64,000 bases of DNA from the human T2T-CHM13v2.0 reference genome, Homo sapiens (GCF_009914755.1 NC_060928.1), one strand, 5' to 3'. Counted from the first letter of the stretch, positions 32,387 through 57,660 are shown. Numbers and translations are program-made. Notes: generated by a model from the letters alone, not told the origin.

Positions 32387-32794
32387 ATGGCGGGCGCCAC
32401 TCCCCCAGCCTCGCTGCCACCTTGCAGTTTGATCTCAGACTGCTGTGCTAGCAATGAGCGAGGCTCCGTGGGTGTAGGACCCTCTGGGCCAGGTGTGGGA
32501 TATAATCTCCTGGTGTGCCATTTGCTAAGACCATTGGAAAAGTGCAGTATTAGGGTGGGAGTGACCCAATTTTCCAGGTGTCATCTGTCACCCCTTTCTT
32601 TGACTAGGAAAGGGAATTCCCTGACCCCTTGTGCTTCCCAGGTGAGGCAATGCCTCACCCTGCTTCGGCTCATGCTCGGTGCACTGCACCCACTGTCCTG
32701 CACCCACTTTCTGACACTCCCCAGTGAGATGAACCTGGTACCTCGGTTGGAAATGCAGAAATCACCCGTCTTCTGCATCGTTCATGCTGGGTAA
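32387..32794 (+). other. Extended ORF0-like antisense ORF (135 aa)
   Basis: GCAATGG start; MAGATPPASLPPCSLISDCC...; TAA stop lies in the flank. Confidence 0.6.
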
Positions 32795-33229
32795 CAGTTT
32801 TTATTAAGAAATAAAAATGTATGTGTTAAGATAAAGGGAGTGAGAGGCTATCAGTTTGGGAAGGGGAGACTTTGTGGCCTGCAAGATTTTAGTGACTCCA
32901 TCTTCATTCTTAGAAAAACTGTTTTGTATTACTGCTCTTTGTAGGCATGCAGCCAAAATACACGGATGCAATTGAAAGAAACAAGGGTTGTTCTTTGCTG
33001 GGAAAAATGCTAAAGGTAGAATGGGAACCTCTTCAGAGTGACTTTTTCTTCCGAAATTATTCTGAAACAATTAGTCAGAGTTGTTCAGAGAAAGGCTGTT
33101 TCAAATGGCTCTACTAAGACAAAACAGTAACTGTGATGATTGTAGCCAGGGATGCAGAAGGAAGTTGGGCCAAATAAGGGTACTGAATACAAGGAGAATT
33201 CACACAGAAGGTCGTTCATGTTGAGGACA

Positions 33230-33846
<617 letters not shown>

Positions 33847-34231
33847 TGGCCAGGAAATATTTTTAGATTAATCCTGTGGATGAACTGAGGAGGTGGTATT
33901 GGTTAAGTCCAAAATTCTCGGGTAGCCAGCAATGGGTCATAGTCTACTCACAATCAGCGTTTCTATGGACATTCTGAAAATTTAACTTCTTTCACAGGGA
34001 CAGAAAATAAAGAGATCCCATCTTTGGGAAATACTACATGTCCCTATTAGGATCTGGCTCCTAAGACTAGTTTTGTACTCATTTTGCAAAACTGCATGTA
34101 TTCTGCAAAGCCGTCTCTCTCCCAAATATAACAGTATCTATAATAACAACAAAACATTTTTAAAAACTGCGTTTGTTCTTTTTTACTGCATTTTTTCCTG
34201 CATATTAAATCTTTGAGAACTGTGTTGGAAC

Positions 34232-34427
34232 TATATTGCCTTACGGAGTAGTAACATTCTATGTAAGCCAAGAGTGGCATGCAGTAATAAAATGTAGTGG
34301 CCATCTTCAAGGGAGTTTTATCCTTTGTGGTATCAAGTACCAGACTCTGTGTTACCAGACTAGTAACACATAGAGTTACTACTCATAGTTACTACTCAGT
34401 AAGTATGTAACTCAGTAAGGCAATATA
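34232..34427. repeat. Inverted-repeat-bounded segment containing a 76-bp copy of 36450-36526
   Basis: Left arm tatattgccttacggagtagtaacattctatgt; stuttered reverse complement at 34368-34427. Confidence 0.8.
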
Positions 34428-35023
34428 AAGATGACTTTTATTAAGGGATGCAAGATAATGTAAACATGTAAACAGGAACTGGCAAACTGTTCAGTAAGGA
34501 TCACTGGACTGCAATTTCTATTCTAAAGCTCATTTTAAGTAGAAGCTTCTCTTAACTTAGAGAAGTAAAATTCATATGGTTGATGGATTTCAATAGATTT
34601 CTCTCTTTTTATATTTCACTAGGATTCTATTTTTCCTACATTTTCTTATACAAACTTTTTCATGTTGACAGATATTTTAAAAATGAATATTGATATTTAC
34701 ATATTTCAAACCCTAGTAAGAATTAGTAGATAAATTTATAGAAGTTCATAAGGAGATATTTGTCGAGACAGTTTCCTATACATTTTCTAGGAAGAAATAT
34801 TTGATTTTAAGTATTTTGGGGGTTACTGGGAATTTGCACGTCATGTTACATCAGAAAAAACACTGCAAAAACCTAAAAACAGAATGCTGAGAATAGAACC
34901 TGAAAGGAGGGCAAGAAGAAGAGATTCTTACATGGGTTTAGGTAATTTGAGGTATCATACTATCACTAAGAGTTTTTGTATTATTTGAGATACATCAAGT
35001 AATTGTTATTTTTCTTTTTACAG

Positions 35024-35086
35024 ATACCCATAATTGTGTTGTAACTTCTTCTGGCTATAAACCTGAGCACTGATGCTTGACCTATT
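35024..35086 (+). other. Candidate exon (63 nt)
   Basis: tttttctttttacag| acceptor, ATT|GTAAGT donor (second donor at 35090). Confidence 0.45.
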
Positions 35087-35108
35087 GTAAGTAAGAAAGT
35101 CATATATG

Positions 35109-35810
<702 letters not shown>

Positions 35811-36449
35811 TAAATAGTTAGGGATAGAAAAACCTTTTTGTTCTGTAAGTGAATATCCTGACTTGTTTTGAATTGATAAACTGCCTAAGTTTAGCTTCAG
35901 CAATTTAAACTCCCAGGGTTCTTCTTGTGATACTGGTGGGTACTCAATAAATGATTGCTATTGTTGTTGTTGGTAAAATAGGTGAAAAATGAGCATGGAG
36001 ATGCATTTTCCCCCTTTGTGTCTTGATATTAAAGTTTTTCTTTTCAAACCATTATAGGGACCTACCTATTTGTTGGTCTTACAATGGTGGGTCATTTTGC
36101 ATCCTATTATAATTTGCTCCAAATAAAATAGTTTTTATCTTCAAATAGAAACAAACTGGAGAGAAGTAATGAGACACCATTTGGGATTGTTGGCAACTTT
36201 AAATGTTCGAAAAATGAAGTCACAAAAGCAGGAGAACAAAAAGCCTCACCCTGGCTGATGAGATTATTTAACCAGCAGTTGGTGTTGGCACCAGATTATC
36301 AGCCAGACTGTTAAAAAAAAAAGTGCTAGGGGCTGGTAACCCTGTCCTCTGTGGGAAAAAAATCTAAAATATGTCCCTTATTAAACATTTTGGTACACAG
36401 ATTTCCCTTATGAATTTCTGATTAGAAGAAAATATGAGGATATGGCATG

Positions 36450-36526
36450 GTAAGCCACGAGTGGCATACAGTCATAAAATGTAGTGGTCATCTTCAAGGG
36501 AGTTTTATCTTTTGACAATATCAAGT
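36450..36526 (+). repeat. Second copy of the 76-bp direct repeat
   Basis: gtaagccacgagtggcatacagtcataaaatgtagtggtcatcttcaagggagttttatc matches 34263-34338. Confidence 0.85.
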
Positions 36527-37904
36527 TTTGTTTCATCAGGGTGTCTTGTCCTGCCTGGTTCAAATCACCTATGGCTCACATATTGATGATCAGAGAGAGA
36601 GAGATTCCAGGGAAAATGTATTGGAAAAGTACTTCTAAGAGCTTCTCCAGAGTAGAGTGGCATGTACAGATCCTTTTCCAAATACTAAGCACTGTGTGTC
36701 TATTTTTGGCATTACATTATAAATAGGCCTCCTGCTTATTGTGATACAGGAAAAATACTTTCAAGGAGATTTACATTCAGCTCTACCATGTTGTAATATT
36801 TAAGGCTGCAGTACTTTTATAGGTAATGCTAATTTGCTGGTGAGGTTTATTAGCTTTGTGAGTCTCAGCTGGTAGATGTAAGGATATGTAGTTAGGGGAA
36901 GCTCTAGGATTTTCTTTGACAAATCCCAATATGTTAACAGGAAATATTAGCCACATGCAGTATGGCTAATAAAGTTCTCTATTCCTTGTTTTTTAAAAAA
37001 TATACCATTTCACACTTTTGGGGGATTACCAGAAGCTGGATGTTTTGTGTTAAAGTATGTGTGTGGTTCACGAGTCCTCATTTTTCCAGGACAAGAAAGG
37101 TCTCTCTGTCTTCTCCTGCAGTCTTCAGTGAAGCTTCAGAGCCAAGCTCTATATTTTCCAGGGGGAGTCTGTTGATTTTTGTTATATATATACACATCAG
37201 TTTTCAATGAACAGGCTAAAAGTTAGGCATTAATTAATTAGGTGTACTTTTTTAACTTATGGAATTAGACTTCTTTCAAATTGTTGATCAGTAAAACTGA
37301 TGATCAGTAAAACCATATGTGTTAGTTTTAAACACTATACAACAGGAGCATACTGTTTAATCAGCATAATCTTTTCAGAGAGCACTATGTTGAAAAAGGA
37401 TTCTAAACTTTTCATGGTAAGCATTTGGGATTTGGAAAACTTGAATCTCTTTCCCTACTTCTACGTGAAGCCATTCTCTACCACTCTTTGGTGAAATGCA
37501 GTACCTAGAAAACTGTAAGTAAAACCCTATATCCTGGAAAAGATCAATGGGGAGAGCATTTGATCACATAAGAGCAGAGATGAGTTTCAGGAGGGAGGCT
37601 AAAGGACAGATGGCCCTGCAGGGTCTGCCAAGATGTTCAGAGGCCCCAGGACAGCCAAGACAACAAATGGACTGTGCTCTCCCTTTTATATGGACAGCAC
37701 CAGGGTGGGGAGTTCTGATTATTTAGCAAAAGAGTTTGCTCCAGGATTAAGAAAATGTAGGACTTTCTAATTAGCTGCTTCCTGACAATGGGTGGGCTTT
37801 GTGATCTTTGCATCTGCTGCGTTTTGCTCATTTGCTCAACTGCGCATTGCCTGCATAGGTTCTGTTTAGATGGTGTTTGATTTTTGCTGACTTCCCTCCC
37901 TCCC

Positions 37905-39110
37905 TCCTATAATTATTAATACTTCTTCAGTGACTGATAAGGTCTAGGTACTATGTTAGGGCTGGATATATATAATAGTGAACAAGAAGGGTATGGCTCC
38001 TACTGTCATAGAGCTTATGGCCTAGTATGGAAAATGAAAATGAAACTAGTTATAATAATGTATAATGAGGGCTATAAAAGAGAAATTGCAGAGTTCTGTA
38101 GGTATACATAGGAGGGGAACCTAAGATAATCTGAAGGTCAGAGAAAGTCTCTCTGGAAGGGATATGTAGTCTGAGACCTGAAGGATGAGTAGAAGTTTGC
38201 TTATAAAATAAAGATTCCAGATAGAGAAGACAGCATGTATGAAAGTGAGAGAGATTTTTACACATTTGAGCAATTGGAGGGTAAAGTGGAGAGAAGGGTA
38301 AAATGGAAGGCCTGGAGGATTTTTGTCTCCTTTTCTCCCTTCCTGCACTCTAGGATATAGGCAGGCATGAGGAAGGCCGGGAGAGGGTTTTGGTGGGACA
38401 GTTTAAATTTTGGCAGGAGGAAGTACTTCACTGGGAGGTGGGAAGTATGCCTCTGGAAATGCATCATAGGAACAAGGATTGACTGACTCACAAAGGTAGA
38501 AAATAAGGTTAGTTTAGGGTTAAATTCTCTGCATAGGGTGGCTGGAGGGTAAAGGGGGGAGGAAGCAATTTGGGAATCAATAGAATACAGTAGTAGCTAG
38601 GGTAACCCAGACGGTATGTATAGAGAAAGGAGAGAAGACCCAAAACAGAACACTGAAAAACACTGACATTTAGTTGACAGGCAGAGAAGCACTGCAAAGA
38701 AGATGAGAAGGACAGTTCAGAAAAAGACGGTGAATCGCAGAAGTGAAAGGAGAGAATTTTTCAGGACTGGGGCTTGCCTCGGGCACAAAATTTAAAAAGG
38801 TGCCAAAAAACTCAGTAATTGAGATAAATGTTATTTTAATGCAATATTTAAAAAAATCGTTAGTGCAAAAAATCCATGATGAACAAAACATCACATTTTA
38901 AATAAAAATGGGATCCGAATTACTGAATTTTCTTTTTGCTGCGAGTTCCAATATGGCTGACAGGACACTGTGGAATTTATATTTAGAAGTCTTATTTTTC
39001 TAAGTTTGATATTTTGTTCATCTAGAAAGAAGGAACAATGAATAATGTTAAGTGTGGCTGAGAAGTCAGTCAAGATAAGGACTGAAATGAGTCCACTGGA
39101 TTTAGGGACA
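37905..39110 (-). mobile_element. L2 fragments
   Basis: ctaggtactatgttagggctgg...gagacctgaaggatgag...gtcaagataaggactga. Confidence 0.7.
38762..38970 (-). mobile_element. MER96B-like hAT DNA transposon
   Basis: gcctcgggcacaaaattt...aaaaaactcagtaat...aatccatgatgaacaaaa...ccaatatggc. Confidence 0.75.
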
Positions 39111-39264
39111 AGGCATTGTCGTTGGATCTTTTGTCTACCTTGTTTTAATAAATTGCAATGGAAATCATCTTACTGTCTCTGCGAACATAATCATCACCTC
39201 CAAAAAAGCTGAGTTCTTTTATGAATTAGTGGATTGTATAACTATAAACTTACATTTTTGTTCA

Positions 39265-39317
39265 CATTTTTATTGTGACAAAATACATATAACATAAAAT
39301 TTGCCATCTTAACCTTT
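39265..39317 (-). mobile_element. L1MA/MB 3' end, host of the next insertion (resumes at 43698-43805)
   Basis: aaaatacatataacataaaatttgccatcttaacc ... ctccagaactcttttcatcttgcaaaactgaa. Confidence 0.75.
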
Positions 39318-43697
<4,380 letters not shown>

Positions 43698-44107
43698 CAT
43701 CTTAATAGTTTTTAAGAGTTCAATTATATTAATTATATTCTTACTGTTGTGTAATAATTACCACCATTTACCTCCAGAACTCTTTTCATCTTGCAAAACT
43801 GAAATCCTTTGATTTAAAGTCTATTTGTCAGAGAGCAGTGGTTTTCCCAGCACACAGCTGGAGATCTGAGAACGGGCAGACTGCCTCCTCAGGTGGGTCC
43901 CTGACCCCTGACCCCCGAGCAGCCTAACTGGGAGGCAACCCCCAGCAGGGGCACACTGACATCTCACATGGCAGGGTATTCCAACAGACCTGCAGCTGAA
44001 GGTCCTGTCTGTTAGAAGGAAAACTAACAAACAGAAAGGACATCCACACCAAAAACCCATCTGTACATCACCATCATCAAAGACCAAAAGTAGATAAAAC
44101 CACAAAG

Positions 44108-45123
44108 ATGGGGAAAAAACAGAACAGAAAAACGGGAAACTCTAAAACGCAGAGCGCCTCTCCTCCTCCAAAGGAACGCAGTTCCTCACCAGCAATGGAA
44201 CAAAGCTGGATGGAGAATGACTTTGGCGAGCTGAGAGGAGAAGGCTTCAGACGATCAAATTACTCTGAGCTACGGGAGGACATTCAAACCAAAGGCAAAG
44301 AAGTTGAAAACTTTGAAAAAAAATTAGAAGAATGTATAACTAGAATAACCAATACAGAGAAGTGCTTAAAGGAGCTGATGGAGCTGAAAACCAAGGCTCA
44401 AGAACTATGTGAAGAATGCAGAAGCCTCAGGAGCAGATGCGATCAACTGGAAGAAAGGGTATCAGCAATGGAAGATGAAATGAATGAAATGAAGCGAGAA
44501 GGGAAGTTTAGAGAAAAAAGAATAAAAAGAAATGAGCAAAGCCTCCAAGAAATATGGGACTATGTGAAAAGACCAAATCTACGTCTGATTGGTGTACCTG
44601 AAAGTGATGGGGAGAATGGAACCAAGTTGGAAAACACTCTGCAGGATATTATCCAGGAGAACTTCCCCAATCTAGCAAGGCAGGCCAACGTTCAGATTCA
44701 GGAAATACAGAGAACGCCACAAACATACTCCTCGAGAAGAGCAACTCCAAGACACATAATTGTCAGATTCACCAAAGTTGAAATGAAGGAAAAATGTTAA
44801 GGGCAGGCAGAGAGAAAGGTCAGGTTACTCACAAAGGAAAGCCCATCAGACTAACAGCTGATCTCTTGGCAGAAACTCTACAAGCCAGAAGAGAGTGGGG
44901 GCCAATATTCAACATTCTTAAAGAAAAGAATTTTCAACCCAGAATTTCATATCCAGCCAAACTAAGCTTCATAAGTGAAGGAGAAATAAAATCCTTTACA
45001 GACAAGCAAATGCTGAGAGATTTTGTCACCACCAGGCCTGCCCTAAAAGAGCTCCTGAAGGAAGCACTAAACATGGAAAGGAACAACCGGTACCAGCTGC
45101 TGCAAAATCATGCCAAAATGTAA
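44108..45123 (+). pseudogene. L1 ORF1 with a single -1 frameshift
   Basis: 230-aa and 109-aa parts; A5 run at ~44790 where A6 is needed to keep frame. Confidence 0.93.
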
Positions 45124-45171
45124 AGACCATCGAGACTAGGAAGAAACTGCATCAACTAACGAGCAAAATAA

Positions 45172-49015
<3,844 letters not shown>

Positions 49016-49634
49016 ACAATGAGATCACATGGACACAGGAAGGGGAACATCACACTCTGGGGACTGTTGTGGGGTGGGGGGAGGGGGGAGGGATAGCATT
49101 GGGAGATATACCTAATGCTAGATGACGAGTTAGTGGGTGCAGCACACCAGCATGGCACATGTATACATATGTAACTAACCTGCACAGTGTGCACATGTAC
49201 CCTAAAACTTAAAGTATAATAAAAATAAATAAATAAATAAATAATAAGAAAAAAAAGTCTGTAAAGAGACTAAAAATACAGAGAAATTAAAAAAAAAATA
49301 AAGTCTATCTGTCTGTATTATTATTGCCACCATGCCCTATTGGTTATTGCTTGCATGGAATATTTTTTTTATCCTTTAACTTTCAATCTGTTAGTGTCCT
49401 TGGATCTAAAGTGAGATATGTTATCTATCTTGTAGATAGCATATAGATAGCATATAGTTAGATCATGTGTTTTTATTCATTCTGCCAATCTCTGTCTTTG
49501 GGGAATTTAATCCATTTATATTTTAAGGAATTATTAATAGGAAGGGACTTATGCCATTTTGCTACTTGTTTTCTATATGTCTTATATCTTTTTTGTCCTT
49601 CATTTCCGGCATTACTGTCTTCTTCTGTGTTTAG

Positions 49635-49944
<310 letters not shown>

Positions 49945-50004
49945 TGTTTAGTTGATTTTTACAGATAAACATTTTAATCCCTTCTCATTTCTTTAATTTC
50001 TTTC

Positions 50005-50210
<206 letters not shown>

Positions 50211-51819
50211 CCTTCTCATTTCCTTTTGCATATACTATATAGCTATTTCCTTTGTGGTTACCATGGGTGTTACATTTAACATCCTGAAGTTATAACACTC
50301 TAATTTAAATTTATACCATATTAACTTCAATAACACCCAAAACTCCTCCTTTGTAGCTCACTCTCCACTCTTTTTAGTTGATGTCACAAAATTACAACTT
50401 TTTACAGTGTGTGTCCCAAAACACAAATTAATAATTTCTTTTAAAAATGAATCTCCTAAATTATGTAGAAAACAAAATGTAACCAAAATTATCGTAGTAA
50501 TAGCTTTTATCATTTCCCATGTGTTTATTTTTATTACAATCTTATTTGTGCATGTGGCTTCCAACTACTGTCTAATGTTCTTTCATTTCAACCTAGAGGA
50601 CTCCCTTGACCATTCTTGCAGGGCAATTCTAGTGCCTCAATTTTTGTTTATCTGAGAATGCCTTAGTTTCTCCCTCACTTTTGAAAGATAATTTTGCTGC
50701 ATATAGGATTCTTGTTGACCATTTGTTTCTTTTAGCACTTTAAACAAAATATATTAGCCCACTGCTTCTGGCCTCCAAAGTTTCTGATGAGAAATATGCT
50801 GATAATTGTATTGAAGATTTCTTGTATGTGATGAGTTGCTGCTCTCTCGTTGCTTTCAAGATTCTCTTTGCCTTTGTCTTTTAACAGTTTAATTATAATG
50901 TGTCTCAGGATGGGTCTCTGAGTTTAACCTAGTTGGAGTTTGTTGAGCTTCTTGGATGTTTATATTCATATATTTCCATCAAATTTGGGGAATTTTTAGC
51001 CATTGTTTCTTCAACTGTTCTTCCAACCCCTTTCTCTCTCTCTCTTCTCATTCTGGAATCCTGGAAAGTCTGAAATTTTTAATTTCAGTTATTTTGCCTT
51101 TCAACTTCAGAATTTCTTTTTGGTTTCCTTTCAGGTTTTCTATCTCTTTATTGGTATTTCAATCTGTTCAGATATTGTTTTCTTGAATTTCTCCATGTCT
51201 TCCTTTAGTTCTTTAAGCATCTTTAAGACAGATATTTTAAGCCTTTATCTAGTTGATCTGCCATTAGGTCTTTCTCAGGGACATTTTCTGTTGGTTTATA
51301 TATATTTTTTCTTTAAATGGGCTATATTTTCCTATTCCTTTACATATCTTGTGATTTTTTGTTGAAATCTGGATATTTGACTCTAATAATGTGATGTCTC
51401 TGAAAATCAGATTCTCCTCTTCCTCAGGGTTTGCTGTTTTTGTTTTTGTTTTTTGATTGCTGTAGGCTGTCTCTGTGCTGAGAATCTGCCTTAGGTATGA
51501 ACTGAAGATCTTTTCAGAGCCTACATCTTTTCCTGGGCATTCATGGTGATTTTCTAATTTCCCCCATATATGTAGTTGCTTTTGAGTGTCCTAGTCTTTA
51601 AAGTCTGGCTCCCAAAAGAGGAAAAAGAGAAAAACGAAGGGGGGAAAATGCACCAATCCTTTAAATCCCCTGGAAGTCACTTCAACCAAAGGGAGAGAGG
51701 CTTGCAACAATGGAGGGAGGTAAACAATAATGGCCACTGCCTCCCTGTTGCATCTCTGTGATCAGAGGCAGCAATCAACGATTGGAGCTCAGGTCCCTGA
51801 TATTTGGAGGACAGGGTCC

Positions 51820-52136
<317 letters not shown>

Positions 52137-52499
52137 AATTTTTCTACCTTTTTTACCAAAGGGGAAATAGGGTGCTTTTAAAAATCTAGCCTTGCTCCCA
52201 AAGTTGTGTGCAAGGTTGCTCTAGGAACACATGCACAACTGCCTGCCAGTGGGATGGGGGTGGAAGGAGGATGGGTAGCTATTGCTGAGCTAAGAGCTGA
52301 AATTGATGAAAATTATTTGCAACTTACCATCCAAGTTTTCCCCTGGAAGTTGCAAACCTTCAATAGACTACAGAGTTCCAAAATCGTTGCATCAGGCAGA
52401 TTGCTGGATTGTAATTACTGTCTGGGTGGGGAAACAGATTCCTGGTGCTTTCTATTCAATCATCTTCCCAGCATCCTCTGTGGCCTAGTGTACATTTTA

Positions 52500-52860
<361 letters not shown>

Positions 52861-53434
52861 TGAATTAACCTTTAGAAGTTCCATGGATGGATCCTTGTTC
52901 TTGCCTAAGTTCGTAGGGCAGGCATATCTAATGGTCAGAAATATGAGCTGGGGAGTTTAGGTAATTAGATATGCTTACTAAGGCTATCCATGTTTACTCT
53001 GAGAGAAGTCAACTGATGTTTTGTTTGTAGGTCATTGTATAATATCTGTTTGGGAGGCTCTAGATTCTTTTTAAATGATTTGCTTTGTAATGGGCTCTTC
53101 AGTTTGAAGTACTGTGTATAATTTAGTTCTGTGTACAATACAATCCCCAGGCCCCTCTTTAATAAAGATGTTTACCTACATTTCCTTCTCAAGTGCTCTG
53201 TTGCCCTTTAATCAGATCAAACTTGATCTAAAAAAATCAGGTCCTTTTACTCTCAGATGCTATTTTATACTCTAATCATGGTTGGGATACTTCAGAATAT
53301 TAGAAGTAGCTTGTCAGGTTCCAGCCACTTGTTCAAAATCTGGGCAACTCCAGCTTCACCTCTCAGTATGCCTAAAGGTTAATTATATTTACAGGATAAA
53401 AAAATTATTTAATCTCATGAACTCAGTGTCTGGC

Positions 53435-53551
53435 TTTATGATAATCAACCATGGTGGTTTGCCTGGGACTGTCTAGGTTTTCATGCTGAAAATATCCTGT
53501 GTCCTAGGGAAATCTCTCAGTACTGAATAAACGTAGACAACTTGTCACCCT
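53435..53551. mobile_element. MER94-like hAT MITE
   Basis: ggtttgcctgggactgtc...gtcctaggga...tctcagt...tgtcaccct. Confidence 0.6.
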
Positions 53552-53624
53552 ATTTGGCCTACAAATATTTCCTGCTTTTCTTTTTAAAAGCCACATAAAA
53601 GCCAGATGTAAGGGTATCAGATGA

Positions 53625-53980
<356 letters not shown>

Positions 53981-53990
53981 GCTAAATTTC

Positions 53991-54290
53991 TTTTTATTTA
54001 TTTGTTTGAGACAGAATCTCACTCTATCACCCAGGCTGGAGTGCAGTGGTGCTTTTTTTGGCTCACTGCAACCTCTGCCTCCCAGGCTCAAGTGATTCTC
54101 CTGCCTCAGCCTCCCGAGTAGCTGGGATCACAGGCACGTGCCACCACACTCAGCTAATTTTTGTATTTTTAGTAGAAACAGGGTTTCACCATGTTGGCCA
54201 GGCTGGTCTTGAACTCCTGCCCTCAAGTGATCCACCCGCCTCGGCCTTCCAAAGTGCTGAGATTACAGACGTGAACCACTGTGCTTGGCC
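53991..54290 (-). mobile_element. AluS
   Basis: TSD TAAATTTCTT. Confidence 0.92.
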
Positions 54291-54959
54291 TTAAATTTCT
54301 TAATATTCACAGACTGCTGGCAGTTTTGACCAAGTAAGGAGTTGAGAGACATCCTGTGCTACAACCATCTGAGTTTACAGATGAATAAAATTTCAATTGC
54401 ATAGGCAAGTTTTGGCTATCTTCCTTCCACTCTGGCTGCTATGGCACCAGATTTCTGCAATGTCTTCAAACATCTCCTTTCCACTAATTAAAAACAAACA
54501 ATTATGTTGGAACATCAATCACAGTAACAGGAAAGAGTAGCATTCGGTTAGTTTTAAATTGTCCAATAGTCTTTTTCTAATGTCTCTATTTGCGTCATAG
54601 GAGTTTTAACTTCCCTTGTGTCTAAAGTTCAATGTCTCTCATGGATTACTCATATTATCTGAGTGTGAAAATAAATATAGTCGGGTTAATTAGCATCAAT
54701 TTTCATAAAATCCCAGAGTAATTTTACACAATGCTTCCTGGGAAGAAATAAATTAAACTTGATAACTGAGATGATGGGATCTAAAATAGAAGCTATGCAT
54801 AAAGGAAACAAAATAAACACAGAAAAGGGAAAAAGATATTGTGTGCATTATGTGTGATATATAGATGAAGTTTTCTTTTCAGAATCACACCTTGGGCCTT
54901 TGTTATTTTGCCTCCAAAGGAAGTCAGTCTTGGGTCCCAAACAAGCAGACTGACCTTGT

Positions 54960-55110
54960 GGGCTTGTAGAGAATTCAAATACCCCGCTCCAATACTTGGT
55001 CATTCTGTTTCAGTAGATCTGGAGTGGGACCTGGGAATCTCTCTTTTTAATAAACTTTAAAAGTGATTCTAGTGTTCCTGGTTAATGGAATAATGTCTGG
55101 GAACCACTGC
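54960..55110. mobile_element. MER5-like DNA transposon fragment
   Basis: ttctgtttcagtagatctggagtgggacctgggaatct...gtgattct...gaaccactg. Confidence 0.65.
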
Positions 55111-56259
55111 GTTAGGTAATTTGAAGGGGCTTTCCTACTTTTCACTTTGGAAAAAAATATTTAGTGATCATTCTTGAGATTTTGTTGAGATGACAGGTAT
55201 CATTGTCCTTCCTTAAAAGGGGGAAATTGAAGAAGGTGGAGTCATATTTTAATCTAAAAATATGGGAAAATGAGGACCTTTACCCTGCAGTTTGATCTTG
55301 AAGAGTAGATTGAGATCCTGAAGTAAGATCTGCTGTAAAGTGCGAGGGTGAATTCCTCCAGAGGGCATGAGGGACTATGCAAAGCAATGTGTACATTTTG
55401 AGCTTGACCATAATGAAGAAACTGAGTGGAGGAGGCTCCTGGAGACTGCCCAGAGTTCCTCGTTTTTCAATTGTATTCTAATTTATGCTGTAGAGATTGT
55501 CCAACACTAATCAGGTGGAGAAGAGATGGTTAAAGTCTCTCTTGCTCATTATCCATAATGGAAGTACTTCTTATTAGGTTCATCTTTACTTGGCCTTGTA
55601 CACATATCCACATACCCTGAAAAATCCTCTGGGAAACTGACACAAGGCCCCAGATACTTCATTAGCAGAGTGGATTCCCCAGCCCTGTCACTTATGGTAT
55701 AGCAGAAGATGTGCTTGGCAATTTAATTGGATGGCTGTAAAGCTGGAATCCTGACCACTAGTGGGCACTGAAGATCCCAGGAGACTTTCCTTATGGCAGG
55801 TAGAGTGCTGGACAAATTCCAACTCTGATAATTAAATTACATTCTGCCCAGCTCCCCTGTGCACTTTCAACTGGACTCTGTTCCCTTTCCATCCTTAATT
55901 GCGGTGGTCATGCACTTTAATAGAGAACCACTGGTTTCTAAAGATGCCTACAATATAATAACCATGTCCCATAACTTATGGAGTGAGATTCACCGGGTTA
56001 GGGGTCTAGTGGCACATTTTAATGTGGCATATTGTGTACAAAGGGGAAATTACTGGATTGGTATCCAAAGAGACATGGATCACTCCTGAAAAATTAAATC
56101 TGTTAAACATTTCAATACATATTAAAAATGCATGCTCTATTAGCTTTAGAAGCCATTTTTCCTGTTCCTTTATGGGAGATATCTTTCTATAAACAAAGTA
56201 ATTAGTAGTTATACCTTATTAGCAGACTAAATCCAATGTACTTTTTAAAAAAGCAAACA

Positions 56260-57660
<1,401 letters not shown>

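Noticed and set aside
36251-36306. CTGGCTGAT...ATCAGCCAG hairpin as a possible small RNA
   Set aside because: Only a ~9-11 bp stem with a large loop and no convincing snoRNA or miRNA features
49071-49092. G-quadruplex motif (also 57481-57502)
   Set aside because: Standard L1 3'UTR G-rich tract
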